Assembly (NCBI GenBank): GCA_050248475.1
Contig: JBFWSH010000004.1
Span: 112,317 to 144,316 of the forward strand
Source of the DNA: Flavobacteriales bacterium
GTDB lineage: Bacteria > Bacteroidota > Bacteroidia > Flavobacteriales_E > Vicingaceae
Reading direction: 5' to 3'
DNA: 32,000 nt
Position 1 is the stretch's first letter; the number at the start of each line of letters is the position of its first letter. The notes beneath the pieces are model-generated. The model worked only from the letters and a program-made list of their open reading frames with translations, made no database searches and had not been told where the DNA came from. The translations under genes were made by a program, and so were the position numbers. Below, piece after piece: positions 17,186 through 27,331 of the stretch.

Positions 17186-18067
17186 ATGGATAAAATTGAA
17201 CCTTTTATAAATTATCTTCAGCACCAAAAACGGTATTCTATAAATACAGTTATTGCTTATAAAAAAGATTTAGAACAACTTTTTGACTTTACCTCCTCCA
17301 CTTACCAAATTACCGATTCAAAAGAAATCAGCTCAACAATAATTCGTTCTTGGCTTGTTTACTTAAAAGAAAATAAGCAAACAAACAGAACGATTATTCG
17401 AAAAATTTCAAGCATTAAAACCTACTTCAAGTATTTAAAAAAAAACGGGTTCATTACAGGCAATCCATTTGCTAAAATTATTACGCCTAAAACTAATAAA
17501 CCTCTACCTGTATTCTTAAAACAAGAAGAAACTATTGAATTATTTAATCCAGACCTGTTTACTGACAATTATGTTGGAGTAAGGAATATGATAATATTAG
17601 AGCTATTCTACTCCACTGGTATGAGGCTATCAGAATTAACCTCATTAAGAACAAGTTCAATAAATTTATCACTGAATCAGATTAAAGTAATTGGAAAAAG
17701 AAATAAAGAACGGATAATACCAATTACTTTAAATTTGAAAAATAAACTTACACAATATATTGAACTGAAAAACAAAGAATTCGGTGATAACGAACTATTA
17801 TTCTTAACTGAAAAAGGAAAAAAAATATATCAGAAACTTGTCTACCGTATTGTAAATTCTTACCTTAGTGCGATAACAAGTAAGGACAAAAAAAGCCCAC
17901 ATATATTAAGGCACACTTTCGCAACACACATGCTAAATAATGGGGCTGATTTAAATACAATAAAAGAAATACTTGGCCACAGCAATTTATCTGCAACCCA
18001 AGTTTATACACATAATACAATAGAAAAATTAAAAAACATTCACAAACAGGCTCATCCAAAAGCCTAA
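17186..18067 (+). CDS. Tyrosine site-specific recombinase, XerC/XerD-like
   Basis: 293 aa. N-terminal SAM-like core-binding domain (YLQHQKRYSINTVIAYKKDL) and an intact catalytic set (R in GMRLSEL context, HILRHTFATH, LGHSNLSATQVYTH). The rpsU-recombinase-hpf arrangement is, as far as I recall, common in Bacteroidota core genomes. Confidence 0.8.
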   Translation: MDKIEPFINYLQHQKRYSINTVIAYKKDLEQLFDFTSSTYQITDSKEISSTIIRSWLVYLKENKQTNRTIIRKISSIKTYFKYLKKNGFITGNPFAKIITPKTNKPLPVFLKQEETIELFNPDLFTDNYVGVRNMIILELFYSTGMRLSELTSLRTSSINLSLNQIKVIGKRNKERIIPITLNLKNKLTQYIELKNKEFGDNELLFLTEKGKKIYQKLVYRIVNSYLSAITSKDKKSPHILRHTFATHMLNNGADLNTIKEILGHSNLSATQVYTHNTIEKLKNIHKQAHPKA

Positions 18068-18070
18068 AAT

Positions 18071-18077
18071 AGGAGGT
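18071..18077 (+). promoter_or_regulatory. Canonical Shine-Dalgarno sequence AGGAGGT upstream of hpf
   Basis: aaatAGGAGGTtatATG: 7 nt complementary to the 16S 3' tail, 3 nt before the start codon. No other start codon I inspected in this window has a comparable SD. Confidence 0.6.
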
Positions 18078-18080
18078 TAT

Positions 18081-18386
18081 ATGAAAGTAAATTTAAAAAT
18101 CAGCTCTCTTCATTTTGATGCAGACAAAAAACTATTAGAATTTGTACAAGAGAAAGTTGACAAACTTGGTCACTATTATGATAAGATAATAGACGGAGAC
18201 GTAATTCTTAAAATTGATAACAACAGCACAGGCGAAAATAAAATTGCTGAAATAAAATTATCAGTTCCAGGGAACGACATCTTTGCAAAAAAACAATGTA
18301 AATCTTTTGAAGAAGCCACAGATAGTGCAGTAGAAGCACTACGAAGACAATTAAAAAAACACAAAGAAAAAATCAACAAAGTGTAA
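18081..18386 (+). CDS. hpf: Ribosome hibernation factor, short HPF/RaiA (S30EA) family
   Basis: 101 aa. MKVNLKISSLHFDADKKLLEFVQEKVDKLGHYYDKIIDGDV... is a typical short-HPF pattern. Confidence 0.85.
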   Translation: MKVNLKISSLHFDADKKLLEFVQEKVDKLGHYYDKIIDGDVILKIDNNSTGENKIAEIKLSVPGNDIFAKKQCKSFEEATDSAVEALRRQLKKHKEKINKV

Positions 18387-18410
18387 TTGAAAAAAAAATC
18401 AATATTAATA

Positions 18411-18441
18411 TTTGATTAATATAAAAACTTTAATACATTTG
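18411..18441 (+). promoter_or_regulatory. Bacteroidetes-type promoter TTTG-N19-TACATTTG for the tRNA-tuf operon
   Basis: TTTG 18411..18414 and TACATTTG 18434..18441 at consensus spacing, about 48 nt upstream of tRNA-Thr. The last base of the -7 box is the first base of the hpf terminator stem. Confidence 0.5.
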
Positions 18442-18474
18442 CAGACCTTTTTAAAAAGAGGTCTGCTTTTTTTT
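18441..18474 (+). terminator. Intrinsic terminator after hpf
   Basis: gcagaccttttt...aaaagaggtctgc near-perfect palindrome (about 11 bp stem including one G-U) followed by T8. Confidence 0.8.
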
Positions 18475-18488
18475 GCAGTAGTGAAAAA

Positions 18489-18561
18489 GCCACTATAGCT
18501 CAGTTGGTAGAGCAGCTGATTTGTAATCAGCCGGTCGGAGGTTCGAGTCCCTCTAGTGGCT
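18489..18561 (+). tRNA. tRNA-Thr (anticodon TGT)
   Basis: Hand-folded cloverleaf: acceptor gccacta/tagtggc, D arm gctc-agttggta-gagc, anticodon arm gctga-ttTGTaa-tcagc, T loop ttcgagt. One A-C mismatch in the T stem. No encoded CCA. Confidence 0.9.
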
Positions 18562-18587
18562 CAGTTCTTTAAATAAATGAAATTGCT

Positions 18588-18669
18588 GGGGAAATACTCA
18601 AGCGGTCAACGAGGACAGACTGTAAATCTGTTGGCCACGCCTTCGTAGGTTCGAATCCTGCTTTCCCCA
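18588..18669 (+). tRNA. tRNA-Tyr (anticodon GTA), long variable arm
   Basis: Acceptor ggggaaa/tttcccc, anticodon arm acaga-ctGTAaa-tctgt, long variable arm, T arm gtagg-ttcgaat-cctgc. Aligns block by block with E. coli tRNA-Tyr architecture. Confidence 0.9.
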
Positions 18670-18688
18670 CAAAAAATGTAAAAAATTA

Positions 18689-18762
18689 GCGGGAGTAGCT
18701 CAGCTGGCTAGAGCATCAGCCTTCCAAGCTGAGGGTCGCGGGTTCGAATCCCGTTTCCCGCT
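18689..18762 (+). tRNA. tRNA-Gly (anticodon TCC)
   Basis: Acceptor gcgggag/ttcccgc, anticodon arm tcagc-ctTCCaa-gctga, T arm gcggg-ttcgaat-cccgt. Confidence 0.9.
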
Positions 18763-18784
18763 CTTTTTTCAATATGTCGGTAAA

Positions 18785-18856
<72 letters not shown>

Positions 18857-18925
18857 CTATTACATAGATTAATTAGTAAATAAAAGTTAATATAAATAGT
18901 ATAATAAATAAACAAACCGAAAATC

Positions 18926-20113
18926 ATGGCTAAAGCAAATTATGATCGTTCCAAACCACACTTAAACATCGGAACAATTGGTCACGTTGACCACGGGAAA
19001 ACAACTTTAACTGCTGCTATCACAACAGTATTAGCAAAAAAAGGTTTTGCTGAATTAAGAGATTTCGCGTCGATTGACAACGCACCAGAAGAAAAAGAAA
19101 GAGGTATTACAATTAATACATCACACGTTGAATATTCAACAGCAAATAGACATTATGCTCACGTTGACTGTCCAGGTCACGCGGATTATGTTAAAAACAT
19201 GGTAACCGGTGCTGCTCAAATGGACGGTGCTATATTAGTTGTTGCTGCAACTGATGGACCAATGCCACAAACTAGAGAACACATCCTTTTAGGACGTCAG
19301 GTTGGTATTCCAAGAATCGTTGTATTCATGAATAAAGTGGATATGGTTGATGATGCTGAGTTATTAGAGTTAGTTGAAATGGAAATTAGAGAACTTTTAA
19401 GCTTCTACGAATATGATGGAGACAATGCTCCAGTAATTGCAGGTTCAGCTTTAGGTGCTTTAAATGGTGAAGAAAAATGGGTGAAAACAGTTGAAGATTT
19501 AATGGATGCTGTTGATTCTTATATAGAAATGCCTCCTAGAGATGTTGATAAGCCTTTCTTAATGCCAGTTGAAGATGTATTCTCTATTACAGGTAGAGGT
19601 ACCGTTGCAACAGGTAGAATTGAAACTGGTGTTATTAACTCTGGTGAAACAGTTGATATCTTAGGTATGGGTGCTGAAAAATTACAATCTACAGTAACTG
19701 GTGTTGAAATGTTTAGAAAAATATTAGACAGAGGTGAAGCTGGAGATAATGTAGGTCTTTTATTGAGAGGTATTGAAAAAACTGACATCAGAAGAGGTAT
19801 GGTAATCGCTAAACCAGGTTCTATTACTCCTCATTCTGAATTTACTGCTGAAGTTTACATCTTGAAGAAAGAAGAAGGTGGACGTCATACTCCATTCCAC
19901 AATAAGTACAGACCTCAGTTCTATATCAGAACAACAGATGTAACTGGAGAGATATACTTAGCGGAAGGTAGAGAAATGGTTTTACCAGGTGATAACGTAT
20001 CTATTACTGTAAAATTAATTGTACCTGTTGCAATTAATAAAGGTTTAAGATTTGCTATTAGAGAAGGTGGTAGAACTGTTGGTGCAGGTCAAGTAACTGA
20101 GATTATAAAATAG
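18926..20113 (+). CDS. tuf: Translation elongation factor Tu
   Basis: 395 aa. GTPase motifs [22 protein letters not shown]. Unmistakable EF-Tu. Confidence 0.98.
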   Translation: MAKANYDRSKPHLNIGTIGHVDHGKTTLTAAITTVLAKKGFAELRDFASIDNAPEEKERGITINTSHVEYSTANRHYAHVDCPGHADYVKNMVTGAAQMDGAILVVAATDGPMPQTREHILLGRQVGIPRIVVFMNKVDMVDDAELLELVEMEIRELLSFYEYDGDNAPVIAGSALGALNGEEKWVKTVEDLMDAVDSYIEMPPRDVDKPFLMPVEDVFSITGRGTVATGRIETGVINSGETVDILGMGAEKLQSTVTGVEMFRKILDRGEAGDNVGLLLRGIEKTDIRRGMVIAKPGSITPHSEFTAEVYILKKEEGGRHTPFHNKYRPQFYIRTTDVTGEIYLAEGREMVLPGDNVSITVKLIVPVAINKGLRFAIREGGRTVGAGQVTEIIK

Positions 20114-20135
20114 TTATATTTTAAAATGCAAGTTG

Positions 20136-20169
20136 AGGTGTCCTTTCATGGGACACCTTTCTTGTCTTT
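20136..20169 (+). terminator. Hairpin plus T-rich tract after tuf (terminator or attenuator before tRNA-Trp/secE)
   Basis: aggtgtcc-tttcatg-ggacacct 8-bp stem followed by ttcttgtcttt. Confidence 0.6.
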
Positions 20170-20178
20170 ATAAAATTT

Positions 20179-20251
20179 ACGGGTGTAGCTCAATTGGTAG
20201 AGTAGTGGTCTCCAAAACCATTGGTTGGGAGTTCGAGTCTCTCCACCCGTG
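20179..20251 (+). tRNA. tRNA-Trp (anticodon CCA)
   Basis: Acceptor acgggtg/cacccgt, anticodon arm gtggt-ctCCAaa-accat, T arm gggag-ttcgagt-ctctc. Confidence 0.9.
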
Positions 20252-20277
20252 CAAGTAAAAAAAGAAATTAAGATTAT

Positions 20278-20469
20278 ATGGCAAAAATAGGAACATATAT
20301 TAAGGAGTCAACTGACGAATTGCTAAACAAAGTGTCATGGCCAACGTGGCCAGAACTACAAAGTAGTGCTGTTATAGTATTGGTTGCTTCAGTAATTTTT
20401 GCATTAATTATCTATCTAATGGATACTTCTTTTAGTAATTTAATGAAATTCATTTACGGGTTATTTTAA
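20278..20469 (+). CDS. secE: Preprotein translocase subunit SecE
   Basis: 63 aa. Amphipathic N-terminus then a single TM (VIVLVASVIFALIIYLMD). Canonical position between tuf/tRNA-Trp and nusG. Confidence 0.9.
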   Translation: MAKIGTYIKESTDELLNKVSWPTWPELQSSAVIVLVASVIFALIIYLMDTSFSNLMKFIYGLF

Positions 20470-20475
20470 AAAATT

Positions 20476-21027
20476 ATGGCAGAGAACAGCAAAAAGTGGT
20501 ATGTAGTTAGAGCCATTAGTGGAAAGGAAAATAAAATAAAAAAATACATTGAAGACGAGATTGTAAGAAATAAATTGTCTGATTATGTATCTCAAATTTT
20601 AATACCTACTGAAAAAGTTTACCAAATTAGAAATGGTAAAAAAATAAATAAAGAAAGAAGTTTCTTTCCTGGTTATATTTTAATTGAAGCAGATTTAATT
20701 GGTGAAGTTCCTCACGTAATTAGAAATGTAAATGGTGTAATTGGATTTTTAGGAGCGGAAAAAAAAGGAGATCCACTTCCATTAAGATTATCTGAAGTAA
20801 ACAGAATCTTAGGGAAAGTAGATGAATTAGCAGAAAGTACAGAAGAAATGACAATTCCTTTTGTTATCGGTGAAAATGTTAAAGTTGTTGATGGTCCATT
20901 TAACGGATTCTCAGGAACAATTGAAAAACTAAACGAAGAGAAACGTAAGTTAGAAGTAATGGTGAAAATCTTTGGTAGAAAACAACCATTAGAATTAAGC
21001 TTCTTACAAGTAGAGAAAGAAAGTTAA
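20476..21027 (+). CDS. nusG: Transcription termination/antitermination factor NusG
   Basis: 183 aa. NGN domain start KKWYVVRAISGKENK and KOW motif GENVKVVDGPFNGFSGTIE. Confidence 0.95.
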   Translation: MAENSKKWYVVRAISGKENKIKKYIEDEIVRNKLSDYVSQILIPTEKVYQIRNGKKINKERSFFPGYILIEADLIGEVPHVIRNVNGVIGFLGAEKKGDPLPLRLSEVNRILGKVDELAESTEEMTIPFVIGENVKVVDGPFNGFSGTIEKLNEEKRKLEVMVKIFGRKQPLELSFLQVEKES

Positions 21028-21108
21028 AAATGCGTAATTAATCGTACAAATCTCATCACATATATAATGCTTCCAAGTGAGACGAGTACAAACTAAATAG
21101 TAAATACA

Positions 21109-21546
21109 ATGGCTAAAGAAATAAGTGGATTAATTAAATTACAAATTAAAGGAGGAGCTGCCAATCCATCTCCACCAGTAGGACCTGCATTAGGTTCTAA
21201 AGGTGTGAATATTATGGAATTTTGCAAGCAATTTAATGGTAGAACACAGGATAAAGCAGGTAAAATTTTACCAGTTGCTATTACTGTTTATGCCGATAAA
21301 TCATTTGATTTTGTAATCAAAACTCCTCCAGCTGCAATTCAACTAATGGAAGCTGCAAAAATCAAAAAAGGTTCATCAGAGCCTAATAGACAAAAAGTAG
21401 CATCTGTAACGTGGGATCAAGTTAAAGCAATTGCTGAAGACAAAATGTCGGATTTAAATTGTTTTAAAATTGATTCAGCTATGAGAATGGTAGCAGGAAC
21501 AGCAAGAAGTATGGGAATTACTGTAAAAGGTACTTTTCCAGCTTAA
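21109..21546 (+). CDS. rplK: 50S ribosomal protein L11
   Basis: 145 aa. [34 protein letters not shown]. Confidence 0.97.
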   Translation: MAKEISGLIKLQIKGGAANPSPPVGPALGSKGVNIMEFCKQFNGRTQDKAGKILPVAITVYADKSFDFVIKTPPAAIQLMEAAKIKKGSSEPNRQKVASVTWDQVKAIAEDKMSDLNCFKIDSAMRMVAGTARSMGITVKGTFPA

Positions 21547-21572
21547 TTAAGTAAATTAATTGTTATAAAGCA

Positions 21573-22268
21573 ATGGCAAGATTAACAAAAAATATGAAAC
21601 AAGCTTTATCAAAATTTGATACTTCAAAAGAGTACAGTTTAGATGAAGCTGCAAAAATTGTTAAGGACGTTACTTATACAAAATTCGACTCTTCTGTTGA
21701 TATCGCTGTAAAACTTGGTGTTGATCCAAGAAAAGCAAATCAAATGGTGAGAGGAACTGTTGCCCTTCCTAACGGAGTTGGTAAAGATGTTCGTGTATTA
21801 GTATTATGTACTCCTGACAAAGAAGCTGAAGCTAAAGAAGCTGGTGCAGATCATGTTGGTTTAGACGAATTTATTGAAAAAATAAAAGGTGGATGGACTG
21901 ATATCGATGTGATTATTACAATGCCGAGTGTAATGGGTAAAGTTGGTGCTCTAGGAAAGGTTTTAGGACCAAGAGGATTAATGCCTAACCCAAAATCTGG
22001 TACTGTAACCATGGAAATTGGCAAAGCTGTTACAGAAGTAAAAGCAGGTAAAATTGATTTTAAAGTTGATAAGTACGGTATAGTACATACAACAGTGGGT
22101 AGAGCTTCTTTCGAAGCTGACAAACTTGTTGAGAATGCTCAAGAACTTATTCAAACAATTATGAAGCTTAAACCTTCTGCAGCAAAAGGAACCTATGTGA
22201 AAAGCGTAACGCTTTCAACTACAATGAGTCCTGGAGTTAAAGTTGAACCTAAATCATTAACGGTTTAA
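21573..22268 (+). CDS. rplA: 50S ribosomal protein L1
   Basis: 231 aa. [27 protein letters not shown] and [15 protein letters not shown]. Confidence 0.97.
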   Translation: MARLTKNMKQALSKFDTSKEYSLDEAAKIVKDVTYTKFDSSVDIAVKLGVDPRKANQMVRGTVALPNGVGKDVRVLVLCTPDKEAEAKEAGADHVGLDEFIEKIKGGWTDIDVIITMPSVMGKVGALGKVLGPRGLMPNPKSGTVTMEIGKAVTEVKAGKIDFKVDKYGIVHTTVGRASFEADKLVENAQELIQTIMKLKPSAAKGTYVKSVTLSTTMSPGVKVEPKSLTV

Positions 22269-22295
22269 TAAGTTTATAACTTATAAATAAGAACT

Positions 22296-22817
22296 ATGAC
22301 TAAAGAAGAAAAAAATCAGTTTGTTGACGGTTTAACTGCAAAGTTAAACAATGCTAATATTTTTTATTTAGCTGACATTGCTGGTTTAGATGCAGAAAAC
22401 TCTTCAAGGTTAAGAAGAACTTGCTTTAGTAATAATATACAAATGGAAGTTGTAAAAAACTCTCTTCTTAAAAAAGCTCTAGAAAGAGCTGAGGGAAATT
22501 ACGATGAATTGTATGTTTCACTTAAAGGAAATACTTCAATTATGTTTGCTGAAACTGGAAACGGTCCAGCTAAATTGATTAAAGAATTTCGTAAAAAAAG
22601 CGAGAAACCTGTCCTTAAAGGAGCATTTATAGATCAATCTATATTTATCGGTGATGCCAATTTAGATGCACTTGTTGCGCTTAAATCTAAAGAAGAATTA
22701 ATCGGTGATATTATTGGTTTATTACAATCACCTGCTAAAAATGTTATTTCGGCACTTAAATCAAGTGGTGGAAAAATTGCAGGAATTGTTAAAACACTTT
22801 CAGAAAAACCTGAATAA
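22296..22817 (+). CDS. rplJ: 50S ribosomal protein L10
   Basis: 173 aa. Position between rplA and rplL, with an L10-like sequence (LRRTCFSNNIQMEVVKNSLLKKAL). Confidence 0.93.
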   Translation: MTKEEKNQFVDGLTAKLNNANIFYLADIAGLDAENSSRLRRTCFSNNIQMEVVKNSLLKKALERAEGNYDELYVSLKGNTSIMFAETGNGPAKLIKEFRKKSEKPVLKGAFIDQSIFIGDANLDALVALKSKEELIGDIIGLLQSPAKNVISALKSSGGKIAGIVKTLSEKPE

Positions 22818-22879
22818 AAAAAAAGTACGCACACAATAATCAAATAAATTAATTTTAAAAATTTTAAATCAAAAATAAA

Positions 22880-23260
22880 ATGGCAAATTTAAAAGAACTT
22901 GCAGATCAGTTAGTAAACTTAACAGTTAAAGACGTTAACGAATTAGCTGCAATCCTTAAAGATGAATATGGTATCGAACCTGCAGCTGCTGCTGTAGCTG
23001 TAGCTGGTCCAGCTGCTGGTGGTGGTGACGCTGCTGGTGGTGATGAAAAAACTTCATTCGATGTAATCCTTAAAAATGGTGGTCAAGCTAAATTAGGCGT
23101 TGTTAAATTAGTTAAAGAATTAACTGGTTTAGGCTTAAAAGAAGCTAAAGAATTAGTTGATGCTGCACCAAAACCATTAAAAGAAGGTGTAACTAAAGAT
23201 GAGGCTGACGCTTTAAAATCTCAATTAGAGGAAGCTGGAGCTGAAGTTGAAATTAAATAA
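22880..23260 (+). CDS. rplL: 50S ribosomal protein L7/L12
   Basis: 126 aa. Ala/Gly hinge ([20 protein letters not shown]) and C-terminal domain [24 protein letters not shown]. Confidence 0.97.
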   Translation: MANLKELADQLVNLTVKDVNELAAILKDEYGIEPAAAAVAVAGPAAGGGDAAGGDEKTSFDVILKNGGQAKLGVVKLVKELTGLGLKEAKELVDAAPKPLKEGVTKDEADALKSQLEEAGAEVEIK

Positions 23261-23280
23261 TTTCAACTAACCAAAACATA

Positions 23281-23327
23281 GGTTTAGATCTTATCTGTTT
23301 TCGGACAGATTTGGTCTAAACCATTTT
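23281..23327 (+). terminator. rplL-rpoB intergenic attenuator/terminator hairpin with UUCG tetraloop
   Basis: ggtttagatc/ggtctaaacc 10 bp, a 2x2 internal loop, atctgtt/gacagat 7 bp, loop ttcg, then attttgtg. The position is analogous to the known E. coli rplL-rpoB attenuator. Confidence 0.7.
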
Positions 23328-23476
23328 GTGCTTATATACTCCTCGTGAATGGAAAACTGAGGCACTCATTAAGTGAGTTGCTGATTTACAAAGAGTTATA
23401 GTAAAATTGATGCCTAAATTATGTTAAGGCATAAGTATTATTAAGTATTAATAGTAACTAAACTCATTCGAACCTA

Positions 23477-26400
23477 ATGAATAAAACGTTAGTTAAAAAC
23501 CAAAAGGCTGAAAGAATAAATTTTGGTTCTACAAAAAATCGGTTATCATACCCAGATTTTTTAGATATTCAACTTAAATCTTTTCAAAGTTATTTTCAAT
23601 TAGACACTACTCCTGAAAACAGAGAACAAGAAGGACTATTTAGAGTGTTTAGTGAAAATTTCCCTATTACTGATGCTAGAAATCAATTCGTATTAGAATT
23701 TCTAGACTATTTTGTTGATCCACCAAGATATTCTATAGAAGAATGCATTGAAAGAGGATTAACTTATAGTGTTCCACTAAAAGCCAAATTGAAATTGTAT
23801 TGTACAGATCCTGAACATGAGGATTTTGAAACAATCGTTCAAGATGTTTATTTAGGAACCATTCCTTATATGACTCCAAAAGGAACATTTGTGATTAACG
23901 GTGCTGAGAGAGTTATTGTTTCTCAATTACACAGATCACCAGGTGTATTCTTTGGACAAAGCCGTCACGCTAACGGAACAAAATTATATTCTGCAAGAGT
24001 AATTCCTTTTAGAGGTTCTTGGATAGAATTTGCTACCGATATCAACAACGTAATGTATGCGTATATCGATAGAAAGAAAAAATTACCTGTTACTACTCTA
24101 TTTAGAGCTATTGGCTTCGAAACCGATAAAGAAATTTTAGAGTTGTTCGACTTAGCTGATGAAGTTAAAGTTAGCAAAGCAGGATTGAAAAAAATTATTG
24201 GTAGAAAATTAGCTGCACGTGTATTAAAAACATGGATTGAAGATTTTGTGGATGAAGATACAGGTGAAGTTGTTTCTATCGAAAGAAATGAGGTTATTAT
24301 TGACCGTGAAACAATTATCGATAAGGATCATATTGATGAAATAGTTGATTCAGGTTCAAAAACCATCATTTTACACAAAGAAGACGTTAACTCGGCAGAT
24401 TTTGCCATTATATATAACACATTACAAAAAGATCCTTCAAACTCTGAGAAAGAAGCGGTTGAACACATTTATCGTCAATTGAGAAATGCAGAACCACCAG
24501 ATGTTGAGACTGCAAGAGGTGTAATTGACAAATTGTTCTTCTCAGAAACTAGATATGATTTAGGTGAAGTTGGACGTTTCAGAATCAATAAAAAATTAGG
24601 TTTAAATATTGATGAGAATGTAAGAACACTTTCTAGAGAAGATATTATTTCTATCATTAAATATTTAATTGAGTTAATTAACTCTAAAACAATAGTTGAT
24701 GATATTGACCACTTAAGTAATAGAAGAGTAAGAACGGTTGGTGAGCAATTACACAACCAATTTGGTGTTGGTCTTTCGAGAATGGCTAGAACCATTAGAG
24801 AAAGAATGAACGTTAGAGATAATGAAGTATTTACTCCTTCTGACTTAATTAATGCAAAAACACTTTCTTCTGTAATTAATTCATTCTTCGGAACGAATCA
24901 GTTATCTCAATTTATGGATCAAACCAATCCATTATCAGAGATTACTCACAAAAGAAGATTATCTGCATTAGGACCAGGTGGTTTATCAAGAGAAAGAGCT
25001 GGTTTTGAGGTTCGTGACGTTCACTACACTCACTACGGAAGACTTTGTCCAATTGAAACTCCTGAAGGACCAAACATTGGTTTGATTTCTTCACTTTGTG
25101 TTTATGCAAAAGTGAACAAATTAGGATTTATCGAAACTCCATATCGTAAAGTAGTTGATAGTAAGGTTGCATTAAATGATGATGTAATATATTTAAGTGC
25201 TGAAGAGGAAGAGAAAAAAATTATTGCTCAAGCAAATGCGGTGATTGATGACAAAGGTGCTTTCTTAGCTGATAAGGTTAAATCTAGATTAGAAGGTGAT
25301 TTCCCTGTTACAGAGCCAGAAAATATCCATTTAATGGACGTTGCTCCTAACCAAATTGCTTCCATTGCTGCATCTTTAATTCCTTTCTTAGAAAATGATG
25401 ATGCTAACCGTGCCTTGATGGGATCTAACATGATGCGTCAAGCTGTACCGTTGATGAGAGCTGAGGCTCCTATCGTTGGAACAGGCTTGGAAGGACGTGT
25501 TGCTGAAGATTCAAGAGTATTGGTAAATGCAGAAGCTGACGGTGTTGTTGAATACGTTGATGCTGATACCATTTCTATTCGTTACGATAAAACGGAAGAA
25601 GAAAAATTAGTTAGCTTTGATGGTGATGTTAAATCATATCAATTAGCAACTTTCAAAAAAACCAATCAAAATACTTGTATCAACTTAACTCCAATTGTTA
25701 AAAAAGGGCAAAGAGTTAGAAAAGGAGAGGTACTTTGTGAGGGTTATGCTACACAAGACGGTGAATTGGCTTTAGGTAGAAACCTAAAAGTAGCGTTCAT
25801 GCCTTGGAAAGGTTATAACTTTGAGGATGCAATTGTTATATCTGAAAAAGTAGTAAAAGATGATATCTTTACTTCTATTCACATCGAAGAGTTTTCATTA
25901 GAAGTTAGAGATACTAAACGTGGTTTAGAGGAATTAACTGCTGATATACCAAACGTAAGTGAAGAAGCTACTAAAGATTTAGATGAAAACGGTATCATTA
26001 GAATTGGTGCTGAAGTTAAAGAAGGTGACATTATTATTGGTAAAATAACTCCAAAAGGTGAAACTGACCCAACTCCTGAAGAAAAACTTTTAAGAGCAAT
26101 CTTTGGTGATAAAGCAGGTGATGTTAAAGATGCTTCATTAAAAATCAGACCATCTGTTAAAGGTGTTGTTATCGAGAAAAAACTTTTCGAAAAAGCAATT
26201 AAAGACAGAAAAACCAGAGCTGACGAGAAAAACATTATTTCTCAAATCGATGATGAGTTTAACAAAGAAATGTCAGACCTTAAAAAGGAGTTAATAGACA
26301 AACTTTATACCATCGTTAATGGTAAAACTTCACAAGGTGTAGTTAACTACTATAGCGAAGAAATAGTTCCAAAAGGAACAAAATTCACCATCAAAATTTT

Positions 26401-27301
26401 AGAAAAAATAAACGATTATAGCTTTATTGATTCTAAAAACTGGACAACAAGCGATGAGATTAATGATCTTGTAAAAGCGTTATTAAACAACTACAACATT
26501 AGAGCAAATGAAATTCTTGGTGTAAACAAAAGAAAAAAATATGCTTTATCAGTTGGAGATGAGTTACCAGCAGGTATTATCAAATTAGCAAAAGTTTACT
26601 TGGCTAAAAAGAGAAAACTAAAAGTTGGTGATAAAATGGCTGGTCGTCATGGTAACAAAGGTATTGTTGCTAACATTGTTAGAGAAGAAGACATGCCTTA
26701 CTTAGAAGATGGAACTCCGGTTGATATCGTTTTAAATCCACTTGGTGTACCTTCTAGGATGAACTTAGGTCAGGTTTACGAAACTGTATTAGGTTGGGCT
26801 GGTCAAAAACTAGGTCAAAAATTTGCAACACCAATTTTTGATGGCGCATCAGTTGAAGAAATCAATGAATATTGTATCAAAGCAGGTATCCCACAATATG
26901 GTAAAACATACTTATATGATGGTGGTACAGGTGAAAGATTTGACCAAACAGCTACTGTTGGTGTAATTTATATGTTAAAACTTGGTCACTTGATTGACGA
27001 CAAAATGCATGCTCGTTCTATCGGACCATACTCGTTAATTACACAACAACCACTTGGTGGTAAGGCACAGTTTGGTGGTCAAAGATTTGGAGAGATGGAG
27101 GTTTGGGCTCTTGAAGCATTCGGTGCAGCAAACATCCTACAAGAAATCTTAACCATTAAATCTGATGATGTAAAAGGAAGAGCAAAAGCTTACGAAGCAA
27201 TTGTTAAAGGAGATCCAATGCCTACTCCAGGTATTCCGGAATCGTTTAACGTATTGTTACACGAGTTGAGAGGTTTATCTCTAAACATAGCTTTTGATTA
27301 A
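23477..27301 (+). CDS. rpoB: DNA-directed RNA polymerase subunit beta
   Basis: 1274 aa. Conserved blocks [60 protein letters not shown]. Confidence 0.98.
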   Translation: MNKTLVKNQKAERINFGSTKNRLSYPDFLDIQLKSFQSYFQLDTTPENREQEGLFRVFSENFPITDARNQFVLEFLDYFVDPPRYSIEECIERGLTYSVPLKAKLKLYCTDPEHEDFETIVQDVYLGTIPYMTPKGTFVINGAERVIVSQLHRSPGVFFGQSRHANGTKLYSARVIPFRGSWIEFATDINNVMYAYIDRKKKLPVTTLFRAIGFETDKEILELFDLADEVKVSKAGLKKIIGRKLAARVLKTWIEDFVDEDTGEVVSIERNEVIIDRETIIDKDHIDEIVDSGSKTIILHKEDVNSADFAIIYNTLQKDPSNSEKEAVEHIYRQLRNAEPPDVETARGVIDKLFFSETRYDLGEVGRFRINKKLGLNIDENVRTLSREDIISIIKYLIELINSKTIVDDIDHLSNRRVRTVGEQLHNQFGVGLSRMARTIRERMNVRDNEVFTPSDLINAKTLSSVINSFFGTNQLSQFMDQTNPLSEITHKRRLSALGPGGLSRERAGFEVRDVHYTHYGRLCPIETPEGPNIGLISSLCVYAKVNKLGFIETPYRKVVDSKVALNDDVIYLSAEEEEKKIIAQANAVIDDKGAFLADKVKSRLEGDFPVTEPENIHLMDVAPNQIASIAASLIPFLENDDANRALMGSNMMRQAVPLMRAEAPIVGTGLEGRVAEDSRVLVNAEADGVVEYVDADTISIRYDKTEEEKLVSFDGDVKSYQLATFKKTNQNTCINLTPIVKKGQRVRKGEVLCEGYATQDGELALGRNLKVAFMPWKGYNFEDAIVISEKVVKDDIFTSIHIEEFSLEVRDTKRGLEELTADIPNVSEEATKDLDENGIIRIGAEVKEGDIIIGKITPKGETDPTPEEKLLRAIFGDKAGDVKDASLKIRPSVKGVVIEKKLFEKAIKDRKTRADEKNIISQIDDEFNKEMSDLKKELIDKLYTIVNGKTSQGVVNYYSEEIVPKGTKFTIKILEKINDYSFIDSKNWTTSDEINDLVKALLNNYNIRANEILGVNKRKKYALSVGDELPAGIIKLAKVYLAKKRKLKVGDKMAGRHGNKGIVANIVREEDMPYLEDGTPVDIVLNPLGVPSRMNLGQVYETVLGWAGQKLGQKFATPIFDGASVEEINEYCIKAGIPQYGKTYLYDGGTGERFDQTATVGVIYMLKLGHLIDDKMHARSIGPYSLITQQPLGGKAQFGGQRFGEMEVWALEAFGAANILQEILTIKSDDVKGRAKAYEAIVKGDPMPTPGIPESFNVLLHELRGLSLNIAFD

Positions 27302-27331
27302 TTAATAATAACACTCTAATACCTTAATAAT

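Noticed and set aside
21028-21108. nusG-rplK spacer with the direct repeat GTACAAA (about 21044 and 21082) and a weak tcac/gtga pairing, considered as an L1-binding autoregulatory leader.
   Set aside because: The best helix I can draw is 4-6 bp with a bulge, and I cannot recognise the L1-stalk mimic by eye. That is insufficient evidence without a covariance model search.
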